Below are positions 35,349-44,514 of a stretch of DNA of 64,000 nucleotides, in pieces. The notes under the pieces are model-generated. The model worked only from the letters and a program-made list of their open reading frames with translations. It was not told where the DNA came from and ran no database searches. This stretch comes from an uncultured Clostridia bacterium (GTDB taxonomy: Bacteria; CAYTYR01; UBA6262), in assembly GCA_964441745.1 (NCBI GenBank), contig CAYTYR010000008.1, positions 18,701-82,700 on the forward strand, read 5' to 3'. How positions within the stretch are numbered: position 1 is the stretch's first letter; the number at the start of each line of letters is the position of its first letter. The translations under genes and the position numbers were made by a program.

Positions 35349-38300
35349 ATGATCTGCAAAAATAAAAAACAATCAGTAAATGGATTCACCTTAATGGAGG
35401 TGATGATTTTACTTTTGGTCCTGGGAGTAGCGGCCCTGGCCGTACTACCGGTAATAAATTTTTCCACGAAGCAAAGCGTCAACATTAAGGAAAAATCGTA
35501 CGCGACGGAAAAAGCCATGCAGATGATGGAGGAGCTCCGTTCAGTGGTTTTCGAGTCGGACAATACCTATGTGCTTCAGGAATATGATAACGGCACCGCC
35601 TATAGCTCAATACTGACGACTAACAAGAATATCAGTAATCCCGGCGACCCGTTAAGCGGTAATGTGAGCGCCGGGGGCAATTGGAAATACTGCCGCCAGA
35701 TCAGCGTGATCAATCTACCGAACAATCCGGGAGCCAGAAAAGTGTTCGTGCGGGTTTTTAAGGCGGCTGACTCTACCCCGGCTGCTCCCGCCGGCGTTTT
35801 GGCGGAAATAGTCAGCGTGCTGAAAGTAGTGGGTAAGGCCTCACCGTCAACGCAGGTGTATGATGTTTACCTGATCGCGATTGAAAATGTGCCTGGCTGG
35901 TGGAGCTCTATTTATAAGATCAAACCGATCATGGATAGCGTGATCAATGACCTGCAGGCCAGGTCACCAGGGCTGGAAGTGCGCGTGCACTGGATCCGCA
36001 AACTGGCGACTGGCCGGGACTCGTATTATACGCCATATATCAATATGACTGATTATTCCAATGAGCTGGCGGCAGTGGGAAAAGTATACTATTATCCGGG
36101 CCTAATGCATAATCCCACCTCCGGCAGTGACAGCTATTATTATCATTCCGACCTTTTTTCCGGCCGGATCTGCGTGGATGGCGGCACCCCCGGCGGCGCT
36201 TATTCCCTGGCTGACCAGTATAATAACGCGGTGCGTTTCCCCGAAGAGACACCGTCATCCGGCGGAGAACCGAGTCTAAGGACATTACTGGAAGACATGA
36301 ATTCCAATCCAGATAAGTATATGAATGCTGTTTTTGTGAACCTGCATGGTGAGCTTCTGCCTTTCCCGCCGCTGCGCAATTATTCTGACGCGGCGAAGGA
36401 TCCTGTCACTCATGCTGATTGGCGGCTGGTGGCTCATCCTACTAAACTGCAGTACAACGGCACTGAGGATATTAACCTGCGGGTATATACCTATGTGATG
36501 AATCCTGACAGTTATGCCACCACGGTAAAGATACCGGTCAGCACGATTTACTTCCCGGGGCAGCTCGTGACCATAGAAGAGATAGAAGTATTGGATGGCA
36601 GTGATACCGTGGATTATGACTGGCGCGATGCCCTGTTGTATACTGATTACGAACAGACCACTTATAATGAAGGCGGAATTGACGGTACGGTGATCAAACT
36701 GAAGAATTCACCCGTGCGGCATCCCTGGAAAAATGCTTCGCCCAAGGGTGGATTGGACGATAATGCGAGACTATACGGCCTGGAATATATCCCTTGCCCG
36801 GTGGAAGCAGCGGCTGACTTCAGCCTGGACCTGGAAAATAGTACCAAGTCGAATGCCAAGAACACGGCGCGCTGGCGGATCAGGATAACTAATCCCGGTA
36901 TGGGAGTCAAAGGCTATTACGAGTATGACGCCAGTATCGGCGATGAGTGGATGAGCGGCGCTCTTTTGCCGCCGGAAAATATTTCGCGCAACTATTTCTG
37001 GGTAGTGGCCACACCGCCGCTGACTGAACAGTACCAGTTTGTCGGCGACCCGCGCCATGTACCCTATAGCGATGTCAAGCTGGCGCACCATTATAACTGG
37101 TATTTCCGGCAGGTCAGCGGCTCTGGTTACGCCGGCTTTGACGAGTCGGAAGATTACTGGTCTTCCGGCTGGATCAACAGGCTCATCTTTGACGTGCCGC
37201 GCATGTTTTCCATCTACCGCCAGGCCCTGCAAAGAACCAATTCCATCTGGACCAGTATTACCGGCTGGAGCAATTACTACATCGGAATAGGCGGCGAACT
37301 GGGAGCAGACGCCTGCAACGGCTTCCCGAGCGGTTTGCCGATCTGCGCCAAGCCCTGGGTCCCCGGCCTCACTACGCAAAAAGGAGTCGATGAGATCAGT
37401 GCTGGCACTTCTTGTGATTATAAATATACCCGGATCATCGCCAAAGACGGCGGCAGTTGGTACAGCCGCTACTGGATCGGAGAATTATGTCCGGACAGTG
37501 AATACAGCTCCTGGAAAAACGAAGGCAACCTTAATACCGGGTCCAGTAATTACTACCGCGAACATTATGATTCATCTAATACCACGAATCTATCCATCAA
37601 ACCGTCCAAGACCACCCAGGAGTATGGCTGTTCGTCATTCTTTAACGGCAAACCAAGCACGGCCAACGGTCCTTTCCGCCATACTGGCAGTACGGAGAAC
37701 GGGCTGATCCAGGACGAGGAAAAATATGTGGCTAAAGCCTTCAATTTCCCGTTACCAGCGACGATTACTGCGGAACGGCCATTCACCCTGAATTACGGCA
37801 GTTTCCCGATGGAATGGGCCGACTACGCCGCTGACCGGACCACTATTTCTACAGTGACCACTTTTTATGAATGCACGAATGATGCCGGCAATTATGACGC
37901 CGCGGCTCAGGTCAAGTTTGAAAATGGGGCCGGCGAAGGGTATGCCATACTGAACGGTTTGGCGCCGCAGATAAACTTTGGTACTGCCCAGATGGGAAAA
38001 CTGGCGATCGTCAATTCCCTGCGTGCTTTCATGAATGTCGGATTACTCAGCATAGTCAACGGGAGGATACCGCAGCTGCCGCTGGTTAATGTGGTGACGC
38101 CTAACCCGAACCTGGAATATACCAATGCCGGTCCGATAAACATCACCTGGAATTTGCAGTGGACGCGTTGGGATGGCAGTCTGTATACTGAATCTTATCC
38201 GGCTAATTTCGATGAAACCGAACTAGTCGTCTATAACGTGAAATATTCCGCCGACAATGGCAGCTCCTGGAAATTCCTGGATAACTCACCGGCCATCGCT

Positions 38301-38468
38301 GGAGTGAGAAACACGGCGAAGGATATCACCGAGCCCCAAGTCTCCTGCACCTGGGATGTCACTGGTTTCCCCAAAGGTACTTATCAAGTCAGGGTAGAAG
38401 CATTCAGGCAGAACCGCAAACTGCATTACAGCTATCACCAGATCATCTTCTATCTTAATAGTATTTAA
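35349..38468 (+). CDS. Giant prepilin-type protein (1039 aa) with a class III signal peptide; putative pilus-tip or minor-pilin adhesin
   Basis: 'KQSVNG|FTLMEVMILLLVLGVAALA' is the canonical G|FTLxE prepilin cleavage/methylation motif. The rest has no recognisable domain. Confidence 0.6.
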   Translation: MICKNKKQSVNGFTLMEVMILLLVLGVAALAVLPVINFSTKQSVNIKEKSYATEKAMQMMEELRSVVFESDNTYVLQEYDNGTAYSSILTTNKNISNPGDPLSGNVSAGGNWKYCRQISVINLPNNPGARKVFVRVFKAADSTPAAPAGVLAEIVSVLKVVGKASPSTQVYDVYLIAIENVPGWWSSIYKIKPIMDSVINDLQARSPGLEVRVHWIRKLATGRDSYYTPYINMTDYSNELAAVGKVYYYPGLMHNPTSGSDSYYYHSDLFSGRICVDGGTPGGAYSLADQYNNAVRFPEETPSSGGEPSLRTLLEDMNSNPDKYMNAVFVNLHGELLPFPPLRNYSDAAKDPVTHADWRLVAHPTKLQYNGTEDINLRVYTYVMNPDSYATTVKIPVSTIYFPGQLVTIEEIEVLDGSDTVDYDWRDALLYTDYEQTTYNEGGIDGTVIKLKNSPVRHPWKNASPKGGLDDNARLYGLEYIPCPVEAAADFSLDLENSTKSNAKNTARWRIRITNPGMGVKGYYEYDASIGDEWMSGALLPPENISRNYFWVVATPPLTEQYQFVGDPRHVPYSDVKLAHHYNWYFRQVSGSGYAGFDESEDYWSSGWINRLIFDVPRMFSIYRQALQRTNSIWTSITGWSNYYIGIGGELGADACNGFPSGLPICAKPWVPGLTTQKGVDEISAGTSCDYKYTRIIAKDGGSWYSRYWIGELCPDSEYSSWKNEGNLNTGSSNYYREHYDSSNTTNLSIKPSKTTQEYGCSSFFNGKPSTANGPFRHTGSTENGLIQDEEKYVAKAFNFPLPATITAERPFTLNYGSFPMEWADYAADRTTISTVTTFYECTNDAGNYDAAAQVKFENGAGEGYAILNGLAPQINFGTAQMGKLAIVNSLRAFMNVGLLSIVNGRIPQLPLVNVVTPNPNLEYTNAGPINITWNLQWTRWDGSLYTESYPANFDETELVVYNVKYSADNGSSWKFLDNSPAIAGVRNTAKDITEPQVSCTWDVTGFPKGTYQVRVEAFRQNRKLHYSYHQIIFYLNSI

Positions 38469-38476
38469 GAGGGTCT

Positions 38477-39493
38477 ATGTTCAGGACAATTAACCGTAAA
38501 GGGACAAGTTTAGTAGAGTTGATGATAGCCGTAACAATCAGCGGCATCATCATTCTGGCGGCGATGGCTTTTTTCAGCAAGTGCCAGGCGGTATTCACCA
38601 AGCTCGAAGTGAGTAATACCATGAAAAGTAACGGGCAAAGGGAGATCGGGCGGCTGAGCCGCGTGATTTCCCTGAACAAAAGGATCTTCAGCAGTGGATC
38701 CACCAATGACCTGGCTTTTCTAGCACGTGTTAATATAGGCGCCGACCCGGCGCCTAAAACTTCTTCCAAACTGCCCCAGATTTCTGTCTCCGGTGTCCTG
38801 TCGCCAAATGAATCAGGCTTTGATCCGCAAATCTTCGGCAACAGCCTGTTTTTTGCCACTTTTGGCCAGCCAGTGGTCGCTAATAATATTTTAGACAGCG
38901 GCAGTGTGGCGCATAATGTCCGGATAGATACCTATGTGTTCCAGTATTACTACCTTACCCTGTCCCAAGTACAGGTATTCCGGGGGCAGGGCGGGAGAAA
39001 CAGGTTAGTCGGCTGGCACAGCCTGCCCTATGCTGATTATGCGCAAATATCAGGCATTGGCGATACCGAAGAAAGAGAAAATCTGGTCTCTTCTTTATAC
39101 AATACCGGATACCGCTTTGCCTGGCTGCCTTCAGCGACGCTGGTCACGAACGCCTTTTTCAGGTTAAACAGCGACGGCACCACGGCGGCTGACGGAAGTC
39201 ATCTGATCGCCAAGGGCAGTATTGAATTTCCCATGGACATGGTCACCGGCTTATCCGGCTGGAGTTTCCCGGTGGGTGTGGCTTTTAATTCCGGGCCTTC
39301 TTTTGTAATTAAGGACCAGGTCCCTATTTTTGCCCAGGCTAATAACGATTTCCCGGGAGGATTGGAGATAGCGGTCACCGGCGCGAATACCGGGCGCAAG
39401 GTATTTATCAGGCTGGTCATGGCTTCCCAGGCCAGTTCAGGGTTACAGTCCTATGAACACATCAGCCTGAATACGGTCAGAGACTGCTGGTAA
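38477..39493 (+). CDS. PilW-like minor pilin
   Basis: 'NRKG|TSLVELMIAVTISGIIILAAMAFF' is a prepilin N-terminal motif. The 338-aa length fits PilW-type minor pilins. Confidence 0.55.
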   Translation: MFRTINRKGTSLVELMIAVTISGIIILAAMAFFSKCQAVFTKLEVSNTMKSNGQREIGRLSRVISLNKRIFSSGSTNDLAFLARVNIGADPAPKTSSKLPQISVSGVLSPNESGFDPQIFGNSLFFATFGQPVVANNILDSGSVAHNVRIDTYVFQYYYLTLSQVQVFRGQGGRNRLVGWHSLPYADYAQISGIGDTEERENLVSSLYNTGYRFAWLPSATLVTNAFFRLNSDGTTAADGSHLIAKGSIEFPMDMVTGLSGWSFPVGVAFNSGPSFVIKDQVPIFAQANNDFPGGLEIAVTGANTGRKVFIRLVMASQASSGLQSYEHISLNTVRDCW

Positions 39494-39603
39494 AGCGGTT
39501 TTTATTTAAAATTGTATTTACATCTTTAGAGGAATGATATATATTAAGGGGTGATTCATGAGTTTACATGAATTACCCTATTTTATTTAGATGGAGGAAG
39601 AAG

Positions 39604-41559
39604 ATGCAGAGCAATGAATTTGTTGATAAGCTGAAAAGGCTAAGTTCTTTATCGAGAGAGATTAATAAATTTATGGCTAACCATGAGGATTTTCTTTCAT
39701 TTGTCAAACAGCTGAGTCCTAAGTATTTGACCGAACAGCTGGAAGAGAACAGTAAATGTGTTAATAATAATGAACTGGACCCGATAAAATTCATGCGCTT
39801 TGTCATTATCGATAAAATAAACAAGAATGAGAATGTGAATATTAATTTTATTAACCAGATTAAAATGAATATCACTACCAGGAATATCGATTATTTTCAT
39901 GAATACAGCCAGTTTAAAGAACAATTAAGCACTATCCCGAAAGGCAATCCTTTTCATACCCACACATCATTTACTATTTTATTCAGTATCTATTATCCGT
40001 CCATCGAAAATGAAGTTAATGCCATTCTGGCTGAGCTGGTTAATCACTTTAAGGAAATATTGAACCTGCCGGAAGAAAACTCGATAATTCAGGGCTTTAA
40101 TCACAATAATAACCTGGGCACGGATCTGTGTTACCTGGCCTTATTCCCAAAATCCATCGAAGATCACAAAATGGCCACGCAGATAGCTTTGCAGGTAAAC
40201 GCCACTCACTCCTTACCGATTACGATCAGGTATGGCCTGATCGCCGGCAGCGGCCTGAAAAAAGACAGCCAGCTGATCAATACAGAAGACCAGGTCATTG
40301 AGCGCTTTAGCGCCGACACGATGAAAATGTTCTTGAAGAAATCTGTCTATAACCATTACCTGGAATTGTCCGGCAGAAAAGGGACTGCCAGCGCTGCCGG
40401 CACCGCTACTGGTCCGGAAGAAAACAATGAAATACTGGCCAGCAACCTGAATATTATTCTTTACGGCCCCCCGGGAACCGGGAAAACCTACAACACCCAG
40501 CGGGTAATCTGGAATATCATCAAAAAGAAAGATCTTTTTGCCTTCGGGCCGGATGATGCTTTTTTGGAATACCGGGACAGCAGTATTGCGGCCAAGGACA
40601 GGAGAACAGAGTTTGTCACCTTCCATGAATCTTTTTCGTATGCAGAGTTTGTCGAGGAGCATCGGACCAAAAATGAAAGCGGAGCCATCAACTATGATTA
40701 TGAAGATGGCCTCTTCCGGAGGATTTGCCTGAAAGCCATCTGGGAAACCATCAAAGCCAGCGCCAAGGTCAGCAAAACAGAAGCCGAACAGAAATACGAA
40801 GTGGATAATGAAAATAATTATGACAATATCAAGTATAAGGTCAGGGAAATAATGAATTTTAGTAAAAAGGACCGGGAAGCCTTGTTTGCCTCGGCGCCTA
40901 AATACTATCTGGTGATAGACCAGATCAACCGCGCGGATATAGCCAAAGTATTTGGTGAATTAGTAACCTTGCTGGAAGAAGATAAGAGGCTCGGGGCGGA
41001 AAATGAGCTGATCGTAACTCTGCCTTATTCCAAGCAGAAGTTTGGCGTACCGCCTAATCTCTATGTGATCGGGACGATGAATACCGCGGATAAAAGCCGG
41101 GCCTTTGCTGATACAGCTTTAAGGAGAAGATTTATATTCAAGGAAATGATGCCGGATTATGATTTATTGAAAGATATAGAAGTTGAAGGTGTGAAAGTAG
41201 CCAGCCTGCTGGAAGCAATGAATAAGAAAATTGTTTTTTTACTGGATCAGGACCACCAGATCGGCCATGCTTATTTTCTGGAATTGAAGGATACTCCCAA
41301 AAAGGACGCAGTCAACAGGCTGAAAATTACCTGGTTCTATAAGATCATGCCGTTAATACAGGAATATTTCCATGGTGATTGGATAAAAATAAAGGAAATA
41401 CTGGGAGCGGATTTCTTAGTAAACATAGAAAAAGAAGGTGTTTTCGCCACGGGTAATGAAGCGATCGCTAAAGCCGAGGTATATGCCATGAAGCAGATCA
41501 GGGATTTCAGCGATAATAAATTGTTTATGGAAGCGTTGAAGAAGTTGAATAAGGTATAG
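39604..41559 (+). CDS. McrB-family AAA+ GTPase with an uncharacterised ~290-aa N-terminal domain. No McrC partner is detected.
   Basis: The Walker A is 'NIILYGPPGTGKTY'. 'YYLVIDQINRADIAKVFGELVTLLEED' is the McrB signature, and 'VIGTMNTADKSRAFADTALRRRFIF' carries the NTAD GTP-specificity motif and the RRRF sensor. Composition is AT-rich. The ATG at 39604 with a GGAGG RBS is preferred over 39568. Confidence 0.75.
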   Translation: MQSNEFVDKLKRLSSLSREINKFMANHEDFLSFVKQLSPKYLTEQLEENSKCVNNNELDPIKFMRFVIIDKINKNENVNINFINQIKMNITTRNIDYFHEYSQFKEQLSTIPKGNPFHTHTSFTILFSIYYPSIENEVNAILAELVNHFKEILNLPEENSIIQGFNHNNNLGTDLCYLALFPKSIEDHKMATQIALQVNATHSLPITIRYGLIAGSGLKKDSQLINTEDQVIERFSADTMKMFLKKSVYNHYLELSGRKGTASAAGTATGPEENNEILASNLNIILYGPPGTGKTYNTQRVIWNIIKKKDLFAFGPDDAFLEYRDSSIAAKDRRTEFVTFHESFSYAEFVEEHRTKNESGAINYDYEDGLFRRICLKAIWETIKASAKVSKTEAEQKYEVDNENNYDNIKYKVREIMNFSKKDREALFASAPKYYLVIDQINRADIAKVFGELVTLLEEDKRLGAENELIVTLPYSKQKFGVPPNLYVIGTMNTADKSRAFADTALRRRFIFKEMMPDYDLLKDIEVEGVKVASLLEAMNKKIVFLLDQDHQIGHAYFLELKDTPKKDAVNRLKITWFYKIMPLIQEYFHGDWIKIKEILGADFLVNIEKEGVFATGNEAIAKAEVYAMKQIRDFSDNKLFMEALKKLNKV

Positions 41560-41886
41560 TATCAGGTAACTGTCACTTTTTATTCGCTCCGGTGTCTATT
41601 TCCAGAACTGCCTCTGGCAGATTCTGCGCCAAAGGTCTTTTGACAACTCGGTGCCTGCGCAACTCGCCCTCTGGGCTCAAACATCCGCCACTAAAGCGTT
41701 GGCGGATGCGGTGCTCTCGCTTCAGCCGCAGGCTGATCCGCCGATCTTTTTGGAGGCTTGGCTGCCTGTCCTCCCTGCCAGTTATGCGTAGCAGAACTAG
41801 GGAGGAAAATAGACAAGCTCGCTCAAAAAAAATGACAAGTTTCCTGATTACCGAATTTTATCGGGTCAATAGTCAAATAAAAGGAG

Positions 41887-42072
41887 GTGAAGATGAAAGC
41901 GACTAAAGTAATCGGTATATTATTACTCGTGTTTGCGGTGTACACAGTAATCGGGATAGTTTTAGCTAATCAATCCTTTTGGACAGTCTATAATTATGTC
42001 ACCCTGATATTCTCGGTAGTGAGCGGTATTGTCCTGCTAAGTCAAAGTAAGGATAAGCAAAACCTGTTTTAA
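41887..42072 (+). CDS. Small two-TM membrane protein (61 aa)
   Basis: It has a strong RBS, AAAGGAGGTGAAG. The two hydrophobic helices are 'VIGILLLVFAVYTVIGIVLA' and 'LIFSVVSGIVLL'. Confidence 0.45.
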   Translation: MKMKATKVIGILLLVFAVYTVIGIVLANQSFWTVYNYVTLIFSVVSGIVLLSQSKDKQNLF

Positions 42073-42105
42073 ATGACCTGTAGTGACTAATAAGGACTGA
42101 GAGTT

Positions 42106-43680
42106 ATGATGATCGAACTTACTGACCAATTCCAGAAAGCGCTCGAAGTGATGGAATCAGGAAAAAATGTTTTTATCACGGGTAAGGCCGGGACCGGCAA
42201 GTCAACCTTGCTGTCCTATTTCCGCACCCATACCGGCAAAAAAATCGTCACGCTGGCGCCGACCGGGGTGGCGGCTCTAAATATCCAGGGAGAGACGATC
42301 CATTCTTTTTTTGGCTTTAAACCGGACATTGCCCCGAATAAAATCAAAAAATTGAAAAGACGGAAAAAGATCTATCAGAAACTGGACGCTATGATCATTG
42401 ATGAGATCTCGATGGTCAGGGCCGACCTGCTGGACTGTGTTGACAAGTTCATGCGTTTGAACGGTCCCGATAGCAAGAAGCCTTTTGGCGGGAAGCAGAT
42501 GATCTTCATCGGCGATCTTTACCAACTGCCGCCGGTAGTGACCAACCGGGAGCGGGAAATGTTTAAACTAAGATATGATAGTCCCTATTTCTTTTCAGCT
42601 GATGTTTTCACCAAACTGGGGATGGAATATATTGAATTGGAAAAGGTCTACCGGCAAAAAGATGAGATCTTCAAAGACTTGCTCAATGCTATCCGCAATA
42701 ATTCGATCACTGACCGGGACCTGCGCCTCCTGAACAGCCGGGTGGGGCAGGATTTGTCCTGCCAGCAGAAGAATGGCTATGCAGTTCACCTGGTGACGAC
42801 CAATCTGATGGCGTCGATCATTAACGACGATTATTTGGCCAGGCTGAAAACCAGTATCCATACCTCCCAGGCAGAAATCAACGGGGATTTCAAAAGAGAG
42901 TCTTATCCCACGAATGAAGAGCTGAAGCTTGGGAGAGGCGCCCAAGTCATGCTGTTGAACAATGATAACCGGGGCAGATGGGTGAACGGCAGTATCGGCG
43001 TGGTCCAGGAGATCAGGGGAATTGGCGTAGTTGATATTGCAACGATAGTCGTGAAATTATCAACAGGTGAATTAGTGGAAGTAGAGCCGTTCACCTGGGA
43101 GATCTTCCATTTTGATTATGATGAGAAAGCCGGGACAGTCGAAAGCGAGATCGTCGGGTCTTTTACCCAGTATCCGCTGAAATTGGCCTGGGCAATCACG
43201 ATCCATAAAAGCCAGGGTAAGACTTTTGAAAAGGTGACCATTGATCTGGGGAATGGCGCTTTTGCCCACGGGCAAACATATGTAGCTTTGAGCCGCTGTA
43301 CTTCCCTGGAAGGCATTGCCCTGAAGAAGCCGATCAAGAGGTCACATATTATTATGGACCGGAAGATCGTTGATTTCCTGACCAGCTACCAGTACCTGTT
43401 GAGCGAAATTGGGATGTCTTTAAAAGACAAGTTAGCCTTAATCAGGAAAGCGATCGATCATGAGCAGTGGCTGGAAATCTTATACCTGAAAGCCAGTGAT
43501 GTCAAATCACGACGGGTGATCCAGCCGCGGGACGTCGGAGAAAAGAAATATCAGGATAAATCATTTATCGGCGTGGACGCGTATTGTTTGAACCAAGGGG
43601 GAAACAGGACTTTTCGCGTTGACCGGATTCTGGAAATGAAAATCGTTGATAAAACAGAGACTATACCAGCGCCACTTTAG
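42106..43680 (+). CDS. Pif1-family (RecD-like SF1B) helicase fused to a C-terminal WYL domain
   Basis: 'FITGKAGTGKSTLL', 'LAPTGVAALNI.GETIHSF', 'IIDEISMV', 'GDLYQLPPV' and 'YVALSRCTSLEGIAL' are the Pif1 motifs. The C-terminal 'RVIQPRDVGEKKYQDKSFIGVDAYCLNQGGNRTFRVDRI' has the WYL-domain pattern. Confidence 0.8.
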   Translation: MMIELTDQFQKALEVMESGKNVFITGKAGTGKSTLLSYFRTHTGKKIVTLAPTGVAALNIQGETIHSFFGFKPDIAPNKIKKLKRRKKIYQKLDAMIIDEISMVRADLLDCVDKFMRLNGPDSKKPFGGKQMIFIGDLYQLPPVVTNREREMFKLRYDSPYFFSADVFTKLGMEYIELEKVYRQKDEIFKDLLNAIRNNSITDRDLRLLNSRVGQDLSCQQKNGYAVHLVTTNLMASIINDDYLARLKTSIHTSQAEINGDFKRESYPTNEELKLGRGAQVMLLNNDNRGRWVNGSIGVVQEIRGIGVVDIATIVVKLSTGELVEVEPFTWEIFHFDYDEKAGTVESEIVGSFTQYPLKLAWAITIHKSQGKTFEKVTIDLGNGAFAHGQTYVALSRCTSLEGIALKKPIKRSHIIMDRKIVDFLTSYQYLLSEIGMSLKDKLALIRKAIDHEQWLEILYLKASDVKSRRVIQPRDVGEKKYQDKSFIGVDAYCLNQGGNRTFRVDRILEMKIVDKTETIPAPL

Positions 43681-43694
43681 AGAAAGAGGGTGAA

Positions 43695-44501
43695 GTGAAA
43701 GTAAATATTTGCGTATTAGGCAGTGGCAGCAGCGGCAATTGTACCGTCATCTGGACGGAAAAAGAAGCCTTACTGATCGACTGCGGCCGCCTGGGAGAGG
43801 AATATGTCAGAAAGCAATTGGCCAAACTGAAGATACCGCCTGCTTCCTTGAAGGGAATAGTAATTACGCACGGGCATGGGGATCATTTTGATCCGACCGC
43901 GGTCAAGATAGCCAAACACTTCCAGATACCGGTATATATCCATCATTCTACTTACCAGCTGGTCCGGAAAAGATATAAAAGCGCCAAGATACTGGACCAG
44001 CGCAGTTTGATCAGGTATCATGACGCGGAGAAATTCAATTTGGGTGATTTTCTGGTCAAGCCTTTTAAAACTTATCATTCCCTGGGCTATGTTGGCGAGC
44101 CTTTTGGCTTTGCTATTGTCCATAGTAACAGGCAAATAGGATATCTGACTGATTCCGGCAAAATAGACGAGAATATGGTGAAGGCATTATCAGGTTCAAA
44201 AGTAGCCATCATTGAAGCTAATCATGAAGAAGAACTGGTCAGGCGCGGCTGTCGGGATGAATCCAACAAAAAATGGATCCTGAGCGATTTCGGGCATTTA
44301 AGCAACCAGGGCGCGGCTGAGCTCATCGGCAAGCTCGACCAGGCTGAGCAGACCCTGCGGTATGTCTTCCTGGCGCATATCAGCGAAGACCACAATACGC
44401 TAGACGGGGCTTTGGCGCAGGTGGGCCGGCGCTTAAAAAGCAGACAGATCAAATTATTACCAACTTATCACGATCAACCAAGCCGGGTAGTCATAATATA
44501 A
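43695..44501 (+). CDS. Metallo-beta-lactamase-fold hydrolase (YycJ/RNase Z-like small MBL)
   Basis: The motifs are 'CVLGSGSSGN' and 'ITHGHGDHF', plus later His/Asp ligands. The start is GTG. Confidence 0.7.
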   Translation: MKVNICVLGSGSSGNCTVIWTEKEALLIDCGRLGEEYVRKQLAKLKIPPASLKGIVITHGHGDHFDPTAVKIAKHFQIPVYIHHSTYQLVRKRYKSAKILDQRSLIRYHDAEKFNLGDFLVKPFKTYHSLGYVGEPFGFAIVHSNRQIGYLTDSGKIDENMVKALSGSKVAIIEANHEEELVRRGCRDESNKKWILSDFGHLSNQGAAELIGKLDQAEQTLRYVFLAHISEDHNTLDGALAQVGRRLKSRQIKLLPTYHDQPSRVVII

Positions 44502-44514
44502 AAAGGAGAAAAAG

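Noticed and set aside
39568-41559. McrC partner for the McrB-like gene
   Set aside because: I looked downstream and on the minus strand for a ~350–450-aa ORF with a PD-(D/E)xK-like end and found none. The next real genes are a 61-aa membrane protein and the Pif1-WYL helicase.
41592-41906. 104-aa + strand ORF after the McrB-like gene
   Set aside because: It is very Arg-rich with low complexity and has no RBS. It sits in a GC-rich segment full of inverted repeats, so I treat the region as noncoding.
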